Below are positions 50,885 through 64,000 of a stretch of DNA of 64,000 nt, piece after piece; within the stretch, counting starts at the first letter, position 1, and each line of letters starts with the position of its first letter. The position numbers and the translations under genes were made by a program. This stretch comes from Octopus sinensis (lineage: Eukaryota). The stretch spans positions 3,968,001-4,032,000 of the forward strand of contig NC_043006.1 of assembly GCF_006345805.1 (NCBI RefSeq), read 5' to 3'. Below the pieces are notes generated by a model. The model saw only the letters and a list, made by a program, of their open reading frames with translations. It was not told where the DNA came from and ran no database searches.

Positions 50885-51209
50885 TTGTATACTGTCAATC
50901 TAACAAGAACGTGACAGTAGGGGGTACACCACCGTTATATAGCCCTAGGAGGCATCGAACGCCTCCTGACAGCTCGACACATTTTATCCTGTGTCCTTAT
51001 ATACACATACGAAGGGGAGACAAACACCCCCAACTGCCGGAACTGCATCTAGGGACACCGTGTTTCAGGATCATTGTCCTTCATCGGCCTAGAGTAGCAG
51101 ACACCGGTCAGCTGGCGTTCGTCAGGAGGCGTTCGATGCCTCCTAGGGCTATATAACGGTGGTGTACCCCCTACTGTCACGTTCTTGTTAGATTGACAGT
51201 ATACAACCA
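50882..51209. mobile_element. 328-bp fold-back element: perfect 89-bp inverted arms around a 150-bp structured core
   Basis: 50882-50970 is the exact reverse complement of 51121-51209 (checked base by base); it lies next to a (TA)n array. Confidence 0.92.
51034..51111 (-). ncRNA. Type I hammerhead-like ribozyme (U4C core) with extended stem I
   Basis: Minus strand CTG-A-CCGG-TGT-CTGC-TAC-TCTAGG-CCGATGA-AGGA-CAATGA-TCCT-GAAA-CACGGTG-T-C-CCTAGA-T-GCAG-TT-CCGG-CAG: stem I 6+4+4+3 bp, perfect 4-bp stem II, near-palindromic stem III, GUC triplet. Confidence 0.75.
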
Positions 51210-51726
51210 TTATATCGCTCCACCACCGTACACCTCTCTACGAGAGATTTAGAAACTCAATATTTCTTATATATATATATAAACATACCCACGCATACAC
51301 ACACACACATATATACACCCACGCACATATACATGCACGCGCGTGTGTGTGTGTGATAAACGTATATTTGTCAGTCAGCGTGTTTGTTTCAATCAGCATA
51401 TTTTCACCTGCGCAAAGGCGTTTTAGATATTCATCTGTCGTCTTCTTCGTAGCGATTTGCATAATTTGAAAGACTGAATGAATAATTGGATCGATCGAGA
51501 GAGGGACGGAGGTGAGGACGGGTGACAGCGACCGGGGGAGGGAAGGAACGAGAAGCTGAAGGACTGTTGTTAAAAATAGGTTTCGAAGCATTTCTCGCGT
51601 AGAAATGGATCGGTAAATTATAATCTGGTGGGTTTATTCGTACTCATGGTATTTCGAGGGACTGTATTTGAATATAATATATAGAAATATGTTATAATAT
51701 GTAACATATATATAAATATAATATAA

Positions 51727-51955
51727 GTGCAGGCGTGGTTGCGTGGTAAGAAGCTTGCTTCCCAACCACATGGTTCCGGGTTCGGTTTCACTACGCGACC
51801 CCTTGGGCAAGTGTCTTCTACTATAGCCTCGAACCGACCAAAGCCTTGTGAGTGGATTTGGTATACGGAAACTGAAAGAAGTCTGTCGTATGTGTGTGTG
51901 TGTGTGTTTGTCCCGCTGCCATCGCTTGACAACCGATGCTGATGTGTTTATGTCC
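51727..51955 (+). mobile_element. SINE family B 5' two-thirds
   Basis: GCGTGGTAAGAAGCTTGCTTCCCAACCACATGGTTCCGGGTTC...CCTTGGGCAAGTGTCTTCTACTATAGCCTCG. Confidence 0.8.
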
Positions 51956-52180
51956 CGAGACGCATAAATTATAATGGTTATTGATAATTTTGTCTTTTTT
52001 CGGCATATTTGGTATTAGAATTTTTCTTTTGCCCTTATTTTGTAAATTATTTATAAATTTAACCTTTAAAGTATTTCTGATATGCTGGCCTTTGATAAAA
52101 AAATTTTTTCTCGAAAAAATTTTATCCTACATTAGTTATATATATATATATAATATATATAATATAATATATATATATAT

Positions 52181-52212
<32 letters not shown>

Positions 52213-52322
52213 ATATATCTATATATATCTTATTATTATCTATCCCTTTCTCTCTCTCTCTATCTTTATCTCTCCCTTTCTTTCTCTTTTTTTCTTAGTC
52301 TCTCTTTCTCTCTCTTTCTCTT

Positions 52323-52388
<66 letters not shown>

Positions 52389-53180
52389 ACTGAATTTCTC
52401 TTTCAACAACAAAAATAGCCTGTCATTATAGTGAAAGTCATTCTTAAAGTGTGTTATTGCATTATCTCTGTGTTGAAAGGCATACAGAAACACACAGTCA
52501 AACATGCACAAGCACACACACAGAAATACACATATAAACACAAATATACACACACAAGCAACTAAAATAACGACTTTATTGTTATATAATGGTAATATTT
52601 CTAAGCTGTGTTGTGTTGACAGACTTGCACTTATAATGCCCGTGTTTTAATCAAAACTTACTATAGTGATGACACTACCTATCTATGTAGATACCTATCT
52701 TTCTATCTACATTTCCTTCAGTCTATGTATATTTTTATCTACCTAACTATCTATCTACATATCTATCCATCTATCTAACTTTCTATCTACCTAAGTATCT
52801 ATCTACCAACCTACCTATCTATTTATTTTTCACACAACTCTCTCTCTCACTCTCTCACTCTCGATCTCTCTCTCACTCTCTCACTCTCACTCTCTCTCTC
52901 CCACACGTAAGCACACACACACACATACACACTGTATGTATGTGTGTCCTTCTCAACAACTTTTCCTCCTCCTCTTCATCCGAAAATACGTTGTGCCGTA
53001 TATTTCGATCCCTCCCCTTCTTTCTCTCCCTCTAACAGACGTTGTGACGAACAGACAGACGGAAATCCGCTTCTCTTTTATAATATAAGATTGTTTTTAG
53101 CGAACAAACGAGTATTCTGTGAATGTGAGTGTGTGTGTGCGTGTACGTGCGTGTGTTTGTGCGTGTGTGTGTGTGTGTGT

Positions 53181-53219
<39 letters not shown>

Positions 53220-53619
53220 TTTGTGTATTGTGTGAGTCCGTGCGTGTTTGGGGTGTGTGGGGGTGTTTTTAAGTTGTCTTTTTTTATCCTTTACTTGTTT
53301 CAGTAATTGAACTGTTCCTTACTGAGTCACCGCTTTGAAGGGTTTTGTCAAGCAAATCGTTCCCCATACTTAATTTCTGCCGAACCGCCAAGTTACAAGG
53401 ATGTAAACAAACCATCACCAGTTTAAAACAGTGGGCGAAGGCAGATACAATGACAAAGACACCACACACACACTCACACACACACACATACACACACACA
53501 TACGCACACACATACAAACACACATGAACATACACACACACATATATAATCCAATATCTTCCAGCGTCATTTGCAAATCCCTTCGCGAGTACAGGCTACC
53601 ATATGCTATCACACAGCAG

Positions 53620-54300
53620 GAATTCTTTTACTAAAAAAAAATCATGAGGAAACCCTTTAATATCCGAATATTTCATGCAAAAGTATTATAAAAGAAGAAG
53701 ATGAGGTTCAAAGGCTATAATCATCGCTACAATTGTTTCTGTATATTATATACGTTTTGGAGAGATTTATATAAAGCTTTAACTTTCATTAAAGTAGTAT
53801 CTATGGGAGACTGGTGGGATTATTATTTGTATAGACTGAAAAATTGTTCATGATTTAGCATATAATTTAGTTCTTGCAGTTTACTATTAATACCGATACA
53901 ATGTACATTGGTTGACATGTTTCTTTGATGTAGTTTTATTGAAGTTAGTGTTTAATCCTGCCTCTATTATATATATAAATTGATTGGAACAATGTGGTTA
54001 TGAAGCTTTTAGTTTTGTATTATACTACAGAAGACGTTTGGCATTATAATTATTGTATGATTTAATAGATTAGTCGTAGTTTAGTTACGTATTTAGGACT
54101 TGGTTGTAATTTACATATTGAATTTATTTATCGATACGGTTGTACACAGGGTAAACGTGTTTCAAAGTTGTGGTTTCTTTGGTTTGTTTGTTCCCAAACA
54201 ACACTTGTTTTAGTGCTGTTGACACCGCCGGATTGAATGGTACTGCCCAGGTGTCGAAACCATAATGATATCTGTGGGGCAGCTGATGATGGAGGTATGT
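53620..54300 (-). mobile_element. Possible highly decayed Penelope-like ORF remnant
   Basis: Only short minus-strand similarities (SIKSYNN; NHEQ.F; NNPTSL) in the order expected before and within a GIY-YIG domain; many stops. Confidence 0.25.
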
Positions 54301-54373
54301 CGGATTGTTGGTATGGCTGTGGAATAGTATTATAATACATCATTTTGAGATATATATAAATATATATATATAT

Positions 54374-54435
<62 letters not shown>

Positions 54436-55379
54436 CATACATACATACATGCATACATACATACATACATAATACATACATACATACATACATACATACA
54501 TACATACATACATACAGACAGACAGAAATATATAGCGGGCTTTCTCCAGTTTCAATCACAAGATTTTTACCGGCCCCAGCTATAGTATATTGCCCTTGCT
54601 CAAGATGGCACGCAACGGGACTAAACCCGAATGATCGTATTTACTACATATGTGTTTATAAGGGAATGTATTTATGTGACTTCGCCTCTCTATAAATAAT
54701 ATTGTATATTTTTAATGTACGACTGAACAGGGCTTGGAAGCGAGGAAGTAATTGTTATGCCTTATTTACATATTTACGACCAGTCTTGAATTGAATTCAA
54801 AGATGTTGCTGCTGAATTGATCGAAATTATTGTTATACAAACCTCCATTGTGAGATAAGTCGTTTTTCAGATTTAAAATCAATCAAGAGCAGACAAATAG
54901 GTAAAAATGTATATTAAATACATTAAAAATAAATGTGTAGCATGTGCGTGTGTTGTTTATTTAAGTGTGTTCGTTATGTTGTAGAAACAACATGACGAAC
55001 ACACTAAACTACATACAATAACAATAACAACGACGTCGGCTACAATAACAACAACAACAACAACAGCAATAATAATAATAATAATAATCCGATATCATAC
55101 AATCAACAAATGTTTTAAGAACATCCTATCCGTTATCTACTTCAGATGTCTGGTTGGCGCCCAGTCGATAGCATGAGAATGCAGCAGATATCAGGAAAAA
55201 AAATTTATAATAATAATGCTTTCTTTATTAACTACTAAAGTTTGACAAAAACATTGGCGACAGTACAGAACGGTTCAATGTGGCATTATATAAAAGAGCG
55301 CGTAAAAATAAGCATAACTCTGGGGGCTACTCGTGGAAACCTGACAAAAACCACGGCCAGTCTACTGAAACAAGTGCCT

Positions 55380-57110
55380 TCTACTTGGTCTTGTTTAATT
55401 TAGAGGTGCATGTGCAGAGCAGGTCCGTTCAATCAGACCACTTTTCAATATAATTGCTGGAAGAAAACGCTTTCCCTCTCTACCATCACCCATCACTTTC
55501 ACTTTCCAGTGAAACATGAAACAGTTCCTGACGGTTTGGCCAATGAAAGTATTTGTCTTCAGACTTTTCGATCCAGGCCACAAAACCCCTTCTTTCACCA
55601 AAGCCACCAAGCAGATAAAATCTGCTAGTCACTCCTGGTCAAAGGAAGGCAGCAGGACAATCTCTACCGTTGACTCCGTCAATAGCCGGATCCACCATAT
55701 ACATGATGGAGCGTGTTTGATATAACCCCACGTGACAGCAATGCAGAACAATTTCGTCGCTCTACGCCTCTCTCGGACAGGCTCGGATGACTGTAATTCT
55801 GTGAATCGGCAATGTTCACACTCCATCCCGTCACCCCCGATAGCACTGCCAAACCAGAGATTTCTGGAAATTCTCTATGGGTTCAGCCCAAAAGTACTCC
55901 GAAACTAGATAGTCCATTGATTTTTGTCGACGCTTAGATTTTCCCGAAGAACGTCGTCATACTTTCCCGCCACTAACTCTTTGTAGAACGCTAACGTGGA
56001 ACTGTCCCTAACCGCATTGGCAGATGGCAGTAGGCACTTAGCGACACTCCAGACACGAAGCACCTAGCCTGTCTTAGTCATTGCTTAACCCGGGACTGTA
56101 GATCTGTCAACAAGACGAGCTGTGGAAAAACCCGTGTGATAAATAATGTTTTCAAATTTTGCCACAAGGGCAGCAATTTTCGGGGGAGGGGAGGAATCGA
56201 ATACATCGACCCAAGTATTCAACTGGTTCTTATTTTATCGACCCTTAAAGGATAAAAAACAAAGTCGACCTCGGTGGAATTTGAACTCAAAACGTAACGA
56301 CGGGCGAAATACCGCTAAGCATTTCGTCCAACACGCTTACGATTCTGCCAGCTCGCCACCTTCCGTCTGATATACAATGACCGCATTTGTTCAACGACAA
56401 AAAATTGTTGGAGCTTCAGCTCATCCGCACGTCATCAACCCTGGCAATCTCAATCCTCCACTGAAAGGGTGTTGAGAAGAAATGGAGCCCCTCAGTCCTC
56501 CACTCAGCGGTTGTTAGCAGCAAAAGGAACTTTTAACTAATGAAAAGCGTCACTTTCACCGAAAGCTGAAAAGTAGACACTCCAGTCCGGTCAGACATGG
56601 TTGGAGCAAGGCATGACAGACAGGCAGTAATAAATGACAGGCGCAATATAAGCGCTCACCATCTCTGTCCAATTCTTCAGGTATAGCTTTCTCATAGCTC
56701 ATTGTTTGGTGAGACAAGCCACCCTGTCCGTCACCTCGTTTCAGTTCTTCTCCTCTCGGAAATCTAAACCAAACCCGACTCCGAGCAATTTTACATTGTT
56801 CTGTCCATGATGCTGTTGGACGGCATGGACCTGACTCTCCAGGTGCCGAGTTGCCTGTTTACTGATTTGATTCTGTCACCACCTCTTAGTTCCTTAGAGC
56901 AGTACCAATCACCTGTGTGTGCCTGGTATCTGACACTATGGGATAACATCGTCTGCATATCAGAGTATTCATTTAACTGGGAGTACATACAGAAGAAATG
57001 AGAGAGACACACTTGACGGACAAGCACCAACCTCATGGCTAACGCCACAGCCAAATCTTGCAATCTGTGTTTAGTAGAGTTACGGCTGAAGTGGCCTTCC
57101 TCGGCTCACA
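55380..57110 (-). mobile_element. Decayed Tx1/L1-clade LINE, interrupted by SINE family A (56145-56362)
   Basis: Minus strand: ADDV, VKLLGVGFG.D..EEKN*NEVTDRV, RKLYLK..EMVSAYIAPVIYY, then WIRLLTESTVEI, FICLVALVKEGV; homologous in style to the 37455-38105 fragment. Confidence 0.75.
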
Positions 57111-57149
57111 TTGATAGTGGTTTATATATGAATGAATATATATATATAT

Positions 57150-57200
<51 letters not shown>

Positions 57201-57342
57201 GTGTGTGGATGTGTGTGTGTGTGTGTAATCCAGACCTGAAGATTGGCAGTATAGTCGGATTGATATGGTATTGAATTTCGGGACCTTCTATTTCAGCAAT
57301 ACCGATAGATTCATGGTCATGAAACGTGCGTAGTCTATATAA

Positions 57343-57707
57343 TCTCTCTATATATAAACGGCAAAATGTCTCTGTGTGTGTCCTTTATACAAATCCACAA
57401 TTTTTCAGTTAGAGGGCTCGCACTTTCTATGGTTATTCAAAACCGTCTAAGAGTGGTCGTGCACATTTTTACATTTCCCCAGTCACCCCGCAAAGCCACT
57501 AAAAAATCAATAGAAGTGACCTTTTTTGTAAATTTTCTATCCAAAACTCAATCAAAATGCCCGAAACTTGATACGCCAATTGAATGCCAGCTAGCTGTAC
57601 GTGATTGGTCGGAGATTTGGACAGTACTCGCGTGTATGTGCGCACGCACGCCGCTGTATATGCATGCACTAGCACTATGACGCGGCAACGCCGGGTCACA
57701 GTGCTAG
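57343..57707 (+). mobile_element. Non-autonomous Helitron with an extended 3' palindrome
   Basis: A|TCTCTCTATATATAAACGGC...GCGGCAACGCCGGGTCACAGTGCTAG|T. Confidence 0.85.
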
Positions 57708-57877
57708 TTTAATATATAATTCAGAATAGTAATTGTAGATATATTAATAAAATTTAATCTTATATATCTCTCTATCATAGATGTCGTTCAATGTCGATTG
57801 AGTTACTTGAAGGTGGTTCTGTCTCTTAAACTTATCTCTCTCTTCCTCTCCTCTCTATCTCTATCTATCTCTCTCTA

Positions 57878-57950
<73 letters not shown>

Positions 57951-58472
57951 CATATATAGGGGCATACATTCACACAAGCGCGTCCCACCCTCTGCCCTCT
58001 CGTTCAATTTCTTGCATCAACCTTCTTCTCGTGTTTTCCTCGTGTTTTGTCATTGACCAGCGTCCTGGTTTTTGAAACGGGACTCACTGAGCCTGATCGA
58101 TTGCTTGGAGGCACAAGGTGCATTATATAAATCTGCCGAATTATCTATTCATAACTATTGGTGAAACTATTAATAACTCTTAACTATTATTAACTCTTAT
58201 TTAAATTCTGTGTACTTTAATTGATATATACACTCACATTCATGTGTGTGTGTGCGTGTGTGTGTGTGTGTGTGCGTGCGTGTGTATGTCTGTGTGTGTG
58301 TGTGTGTGTGTTGAAGAGCGTAGGATTGAAACGTAAAAGTCTGTCTCACTTTCCCCAGCGTCAAACAGTTTCACTCAAACTAATACACCTGCTTGTCGTT
58401 CATACACCTGTCTTCGTCTTTTGTTTTTACGTAAATTTCAACTATATTATATAACGCAAGCATAGTTATATA

Positions 58473-58517
<45 letters not shown>

Positions 58518-58528
58518 TATATATATAT

Positions 58529-58589
<61 letters not shown>

Positions 58590-59633
58590 ATATATTATAT
58601 ATACACATATTATATATATATATATTATATATATATATATTATCGTACAGTCTGAGCGGTTAGATATTAAGACGAACGTAAAGGCCGCACCACAAACCTA
58701 TATTGGAATCGCTAATATTCTCAGAAAGGTATTCTTTGTCTACAGCCTTTTGTTAAGACTGACAATTAACAAGAAGAAGAAGAAAAAAAAGAGACAACTT
58801 TAACCAGTAATTTTATATATCCATAGAAGTGCAAAGAAAACAATGAGAAGAAGAAGAAGAAGAAGAAGAAGAAGAAGAAGAGAAGAAAAGAAGAAGAAGA
58901 AGAAGGAGGAGGAGGAAGAAGAAAAAGAAAAGAAGGCGAAAGAAAAAAGGAAAGAAAAAGAAGAAAGAAGAGAAGAAGAAGAAGAAGAAGAAGAAGAAGA
59001 AGAAGAGAGGTGGGGTAGGAGGAGGAGGAAAGAAGAATATTTCCTGTTTGATAAAAATATGTTAAATCTACCATTGCTCTTTATTATTTATTATTATTGT
59101 TATTTTCATTATCGTTGTTGTTGTTGTTGTTGTTGTTTGTTCATTTCTTTATTTGTTAGGAAATGTTCGGTTGAAGTCATTCTGTATGTAACGCCGACGT
59201 TTAAACATCGTAGCTTTATATTTCTCCTCCCAACACACTCTTGGGAGCCATGCTTAAATATGTCTATGGAGATATATATATATATATACATATGCATACA
59301 CACACATATATATAGATACAAACATATACATATATGTATGCATTTATGCATATATATATATATGCATAAATGCATAAATGCATACATATATACATACATG
59401 TATGTATGTATGTATGTATGTAAGTATGTATGTATGTATGTATGTATGTATATTGGTGTGTATACACACATAGGCGCTCTTTCCCATTACAAGAAATAGA
59501 ATCAATTATGAAGCATTCAGAAATGAATTTACGTGTATCTTGCACATATATTTTGTGCTCATATACTCAAACGAACGCGCACGCGCATACGCATGCGTAG
59601 TTATATATATATACGCATGTATATAAATGATTA

Positions 59634-59674
<41 letters not shown>

Positions 59675-61279
59675 TAGATATAGAAAGATAGATAGATAGG
59701 TAATAGATAGATAGATAGTAGATAGATAGATATATTGTACATGCGTATATATTAACAAATATATGTACAAGTGTATATGCGTTGATGCATATATTCTGTA
59801 TGTATGTATGTATGTATGTATGTATGTATGTATGTACGTAGTATGTATGTATGATGTATGTGTGTGTTTGTACAGATATATACGCAGGCGTTTGTATATA
59901 CATATATATATATGCATACATATATACACATTTGTATATATATATATATATATATATACACATTTATATATATATATATATATACATAAATATAATTATA
60001 CATATATATATCCATATATATATAATAACGCGCGCGCACGCAGACACACAAACAAGACTCTAAGCGTATATAACATGCATAGTTATATATACATCATACA
60101 ATCAAATAAAGAAAATGACAAAAAAAACAAGATCGTTTTAAAAAGAATCCTCAGAAGCCCCCTAAACTTTCGCCCCCACCCCCACACCACCCCACCCCCA
60201 GCATCACCATTTCTCCCTCACTCCCACCCCCACCCCACCCCGTGAAGAAAAGAGAACCAAAACCAAACGTGAAAGAATAAATAATCGTGTCACCCGATTG
60301 CCTTTTACATGTGAAACATTGAAAACTGATTTAGTGACAAAAAGGAGTTGTAAAAATAAATGCAGTGTTTGCATGTCACGCAGACACTATCGCTTCTGTA
60401 ATAACGGGTCCAAGGCTGACTGTTGCTGCCAGCTATGAAACTGAACTCCTCAAAATTATGCATTTTACTTCTGCCTCCATGTTTACTGCCAATCGTTAGC
60501 CTCTCCGCCGCCATCCCTGCTACCATTACCGCCGCCGTTACCACCGCTATTACCGCCGCCGCCGCCGCCGCCTATTTCTGCCTACTGTTTTAGTGTAGAG
60601 CCGTAATAAATATAAGATGGCTACCATCTGAATAGTTTCGTATGGTCTGTTTCCATTTTCATTGGCTATTCTAGCATGATTACTCTTGTAAACCAAGCAA
60701 ATCTGCTGTAATGCGAGACCGCCAGCTAAACTAATCGGTTTAACAGTGGTATTAAAGACAATTAATCACCCCTCTCCCCACCAACACACACGTACAGACA
60801 CGAAAGCCACACGCATAGTGACACACGCACACACACACATATAGACATACACACTCCTACTCACGCACCCATGCAAATATGCACACATAGAAAGTCATGT
60901 ATACATTTGTGTGTGTTTGTATGTGAGTGAGGGTGTTTGTATTTATGTGTGTGTGTGTGTTTTTGTATTTATGTGTGTGTGCGTTTGTGTGTATGTGATA
61001 ATATGCATACACATGCATACAAACATACATATTCATACATTCGTTCGTTTGCTCAGAAATACATGCAAGCACACACACAAACACCACAGACACACAAACA
61101 TTCAACCACATAAATTCTCTCACACGCACAAGCATACACACACACACACACACACGAGCATACGAACATTCGCACACACAACCACATGATCACACGCGCT
61201 GAAACACACACACATGCATGAAAAGACATACGGACAGACAGACATCAATACCAGCACCAAAAGCAGAAACTTTAACAAG

Positions 61280-61310
<31 letters not shown>

Positions 61311-61541
61311 GCAACAAAGGCAGTATTAACCATGTCAGTAATAAGTAGAGTTGTGATGTTATTTAAGACAGATTTAAAACAGATTTAAAACTAAATTATT
61401 GTACATGGAAACAAACTAATTAAAATAGTTCGTAAAAACAAATAACAACACGTGTAACGAAGTTTCTATGACACGTCATACGTCACAGAACAATACATAT
61501 CACAACAATAAGTGGTAGCATATTAATTAGAAGTCTGACAA

Positions 61542-61634
61542 CAGTGCTCAGTAACACGGCAGTACTCAGTAACACGGCAGTACTCAGCAGCACAAGAACG
61601 CACAGCAACGCAGCAGCGCTCAGCAACGCAACTA
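61542..61634. repeat. 18-bp minisatellite, about 5 progressively diverging units (CAGTACTCAGTAACACGG)
   Basis: Directly visible. Confidence 0.8.
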
Positions 61635-62151
61635 CTCATCGCACACATCCATATGGCAGAAAAGGTTTCTTATTATACCACATGAAACAACGCATAACAG
61701 CATATGCCTGTGTTTTTATTAGTAACGTATGTCGATGTGGAAGGAATATAAATTTGTGTTGACACCATAAAAATTAAGAAAAAATTTGAAATTTTTGAAA
61801 TAATCTGAATTTACTGGCTTCGGGTTTCACCGTCCTAAAAAAAAAATTTTCACGTTGTCTCAGCTTTTAAATTCACATGTCTTCAACAAAGAATTCTCGC
61901 TGGTAAGAAAACATTTCTAAAATGGATAGAAGAACTCCAAGGTGTACTTGGTTCCAATGGTAGAAGGAATATCATCTTTATAGAAGATGTGACTTTGAGT
62001 CCTAAGGAGAACCATGGAGATTTTCAAACCCAAGCGCTTTTTAACCTAATATTTATGTACTATTATTTATAGTTTTATCTACTTCGAGTTTCACATTTCT
62101 CCCAAAAGACTGATAAATATATATCCATAAGCGCATATATATATATATATA

Positions 62152-62197
<46 letters not shown>

Positions 62198-62323
62198 CTG
62201 GGTGACTAACTGTACATATGTAGTTCAGATCCTAACTAGTAATACATAAATGTTATATAAGCATACACAACTATACAACACACGTATGCAAAGATATTTG
62301 TTAGATGCGTATATAGTATGTAT

Positions 62324-62369
<46 letters not shown>

Positions 62370-62667
62370 TATATATATATAGGCTTGCCGTTTTAGACAG
62401 GAATAACTCAAAGCGTATTAGAGAATTCGACACCTAGGAAGGGGGTAATTATATAGTTAATGTATATTTGATCGCACTGACTGTGCATCTGTGTTACACA
62501 CGAAGTCATGCACATACATCCCCACATGCGTTAACGTATACACACAGATGTACACATACAACACTATATTTTACATATAACATACATGATACATAGATAC
62601 GTATACAACATATGTGTGTATGTGTGCGTTGTGTGTGTCGATAAATATATATACGCAATATAGTATC

Positions 62668-62715
<48 letters not shown>

Positions 62716-63192
62716 TATATACTATATGCATGTACATATGTATGTATGCATGTATGTATGTATGTATGTATGTATGTATGTATATAGAAATTTTGAAATA
62801 TCACCCAAAAGTTACAAAACTGCGTAAAAAGTAACAAAGAGAAGAGAATACATTGCTCCCGTTAATCAAATTTTTCCGAATAGTTTTAAAATCCCTTTGT
62901 TTCAAGATACATGATTGTATATTCCAAAGTACGTTATTACATACAGGTTTCACTTCTCATGAGCGGTATTCATCATAGTCTAACCGTGTAATTCCTGACT
63001 GTTAGCCGTAAGGTATAATATTATATAGTGTATTGAGCAGAAGAAGCCTCCATATAGACGCACGTGGTAACAAAAAATAAGGATATATATATGCGAGTCA
63101 CCTATTTTTTGTTACAAGTACACTATTTAACAGGACAGATAGCTTTGTGTTCTTTAAATATCCAGACATTCAAAGTGAAGATAGATAGATAG

Positions 63193-63292
63193 NNNNNNNN
63201 NNNNNNNNNNNNNNNNNNNNNNNNNNNNNNNNNNNNNNNNNNNNNNNNNNNNNNNNNNNNNNNNNNNNNNNNNNNNNNNNNNNNNNNNNNNN
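63193..63292. other. Assembly gap (100 N)
   Basis: Run of N. Confidence 1.
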
Positions 63293-63348
63293 ATAAAGAG
63301 AAAAATAAAAGAGACAATAAACATATATATATATATTTATATACACAC

Positions 63349-63506
63349 ACAGCTCGCCAAAACACGTAGTGGTTTGGGGCAAGTCTAGGGCATTCGTTCA
63401 TGATATGGTTTCATCCACTCTATTGCAGATGCGGCACAACGGAGACAGCTGCTCATTCCTTTGGCTGACCCTTCAGTTCGTGGCCAAAGCTTGGTCTTTC
63501 ACTGCC
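63349..63506 (-). mobile_element. R4/Dong-like LINE fragment (CCHC region)
   Basis: Minus strand AVKDQALATN...SPLCRICNRVDETIS..ECPRLA; abuts ATT repeats at 63507-63517. Confidence 0.7.
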
Positions 63507-63517
63507 ATTATTATTAT

Positions 63518-64000
63518 TTTGGTTTGGCTCAGGCTCAGTCTTATTCCTGGAAGGAATTATGTGGATAGCTAGCTACTACCTGTAACCTTAGGTTTTCAGC
63601 AGTCTTTCAAGTGCTTAGAACCCTCCTAATAATCCTTGCTGTCCCTAAGAGTCAAACTTTCCATAGGAGCTTTAACGGGCATTCTATTTCAAGAAAAAGT
63701 GATCTGAAAGGATACACTGAGGCATTGATATGCAGTGCCCAGGAACAAACTCTGAGAACTAATTACACCAAGTTCTAAATAGACAAGAATAGTGAATTGC
63801 TCCTTTGTAGGATGTGTGGTAGCAGAAACGAAACAATCTCACTTATTGTGAGAGGGTGTAGGAAGCTGGCCCAAAAGCATTATAAAAGGAAGCACGATAA
63901 CGTGGCTAAGTTTGTCCACTGGAGGCTATGTGAAAAGTACGGCCTGAACAGAGCACGGAAATGCTACGAACATGAACAAGAAGGAGTCACCAAGAACAAG
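63518..64000. mobile_element. R4/Dong-like LINE with an inverted 5' segment
   Basis: 63518-63688 minus: LLGTARIIRRVLST* plus 3' UTR and AAT tail. 63689-64000 plus: DLKGYTEALICSAQEQTLRTNY...CRMCGSRNETI..C.KLAQKHYKRKHDNVA..VHW.LCEKY, the upstream part of the same ORF type in opposite orientation. Confidence 0.8.

Noticed and set aside
54205-54300. CTGTTGA...GGTGTC-GAAAC and a nearby CTGATGA as a hammerhead
   Set aside because: Elements are in inconsistent order or register and no UH triplet with stem I can be built.

Overview
Repeat-dominated, AT-rich eukaryotic DNA with no confidently identifiable host protein-coding exon, so probably intergenic or deep intronic. The dense microsatellites and the recurring tRNA-derived SINE families look like a coleoid cephalopod (octopus-type) genome; this is an inference from pattern recognition, not a database result. 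Almost every ORF in the supplied track is a microsatellite artefact. Supported content: a decayed Helitron Rep/helicase (1-2750, minus); four small non-autonomous Helitrons; several Tc1/mariner remnants, including a full-length TIR-bounded pseudogene (28879-30173); CR1, RTE, Tx1 and five R4/Dong-like LINE fragments, most of the R4 pieces sitting in (TAA)n arrays; many SINE copies; hAT, Tigger and mariner MITEs; a decayed C2H2 zinc-finger array; a roughly 680-bp tandem duplication; and a 100-N gap. The most interesting signal is a set of type I hammerhead-ribozyme-like motifs in unrelated small repeats: 16.2 kb, 17.9 kb, 21.9 kb, 39.5 kb (canonical core) and 51.0 kb. Several carry non-canonical cores (U4C; U3-A8), and several are linked to long fold-back palindromes. 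The best case is a 328-bp element with perfect 89-bp inverted arms enclosing a complete hammerhead fold. All folds were derived by eye and none has been tested computationally or experimentally.
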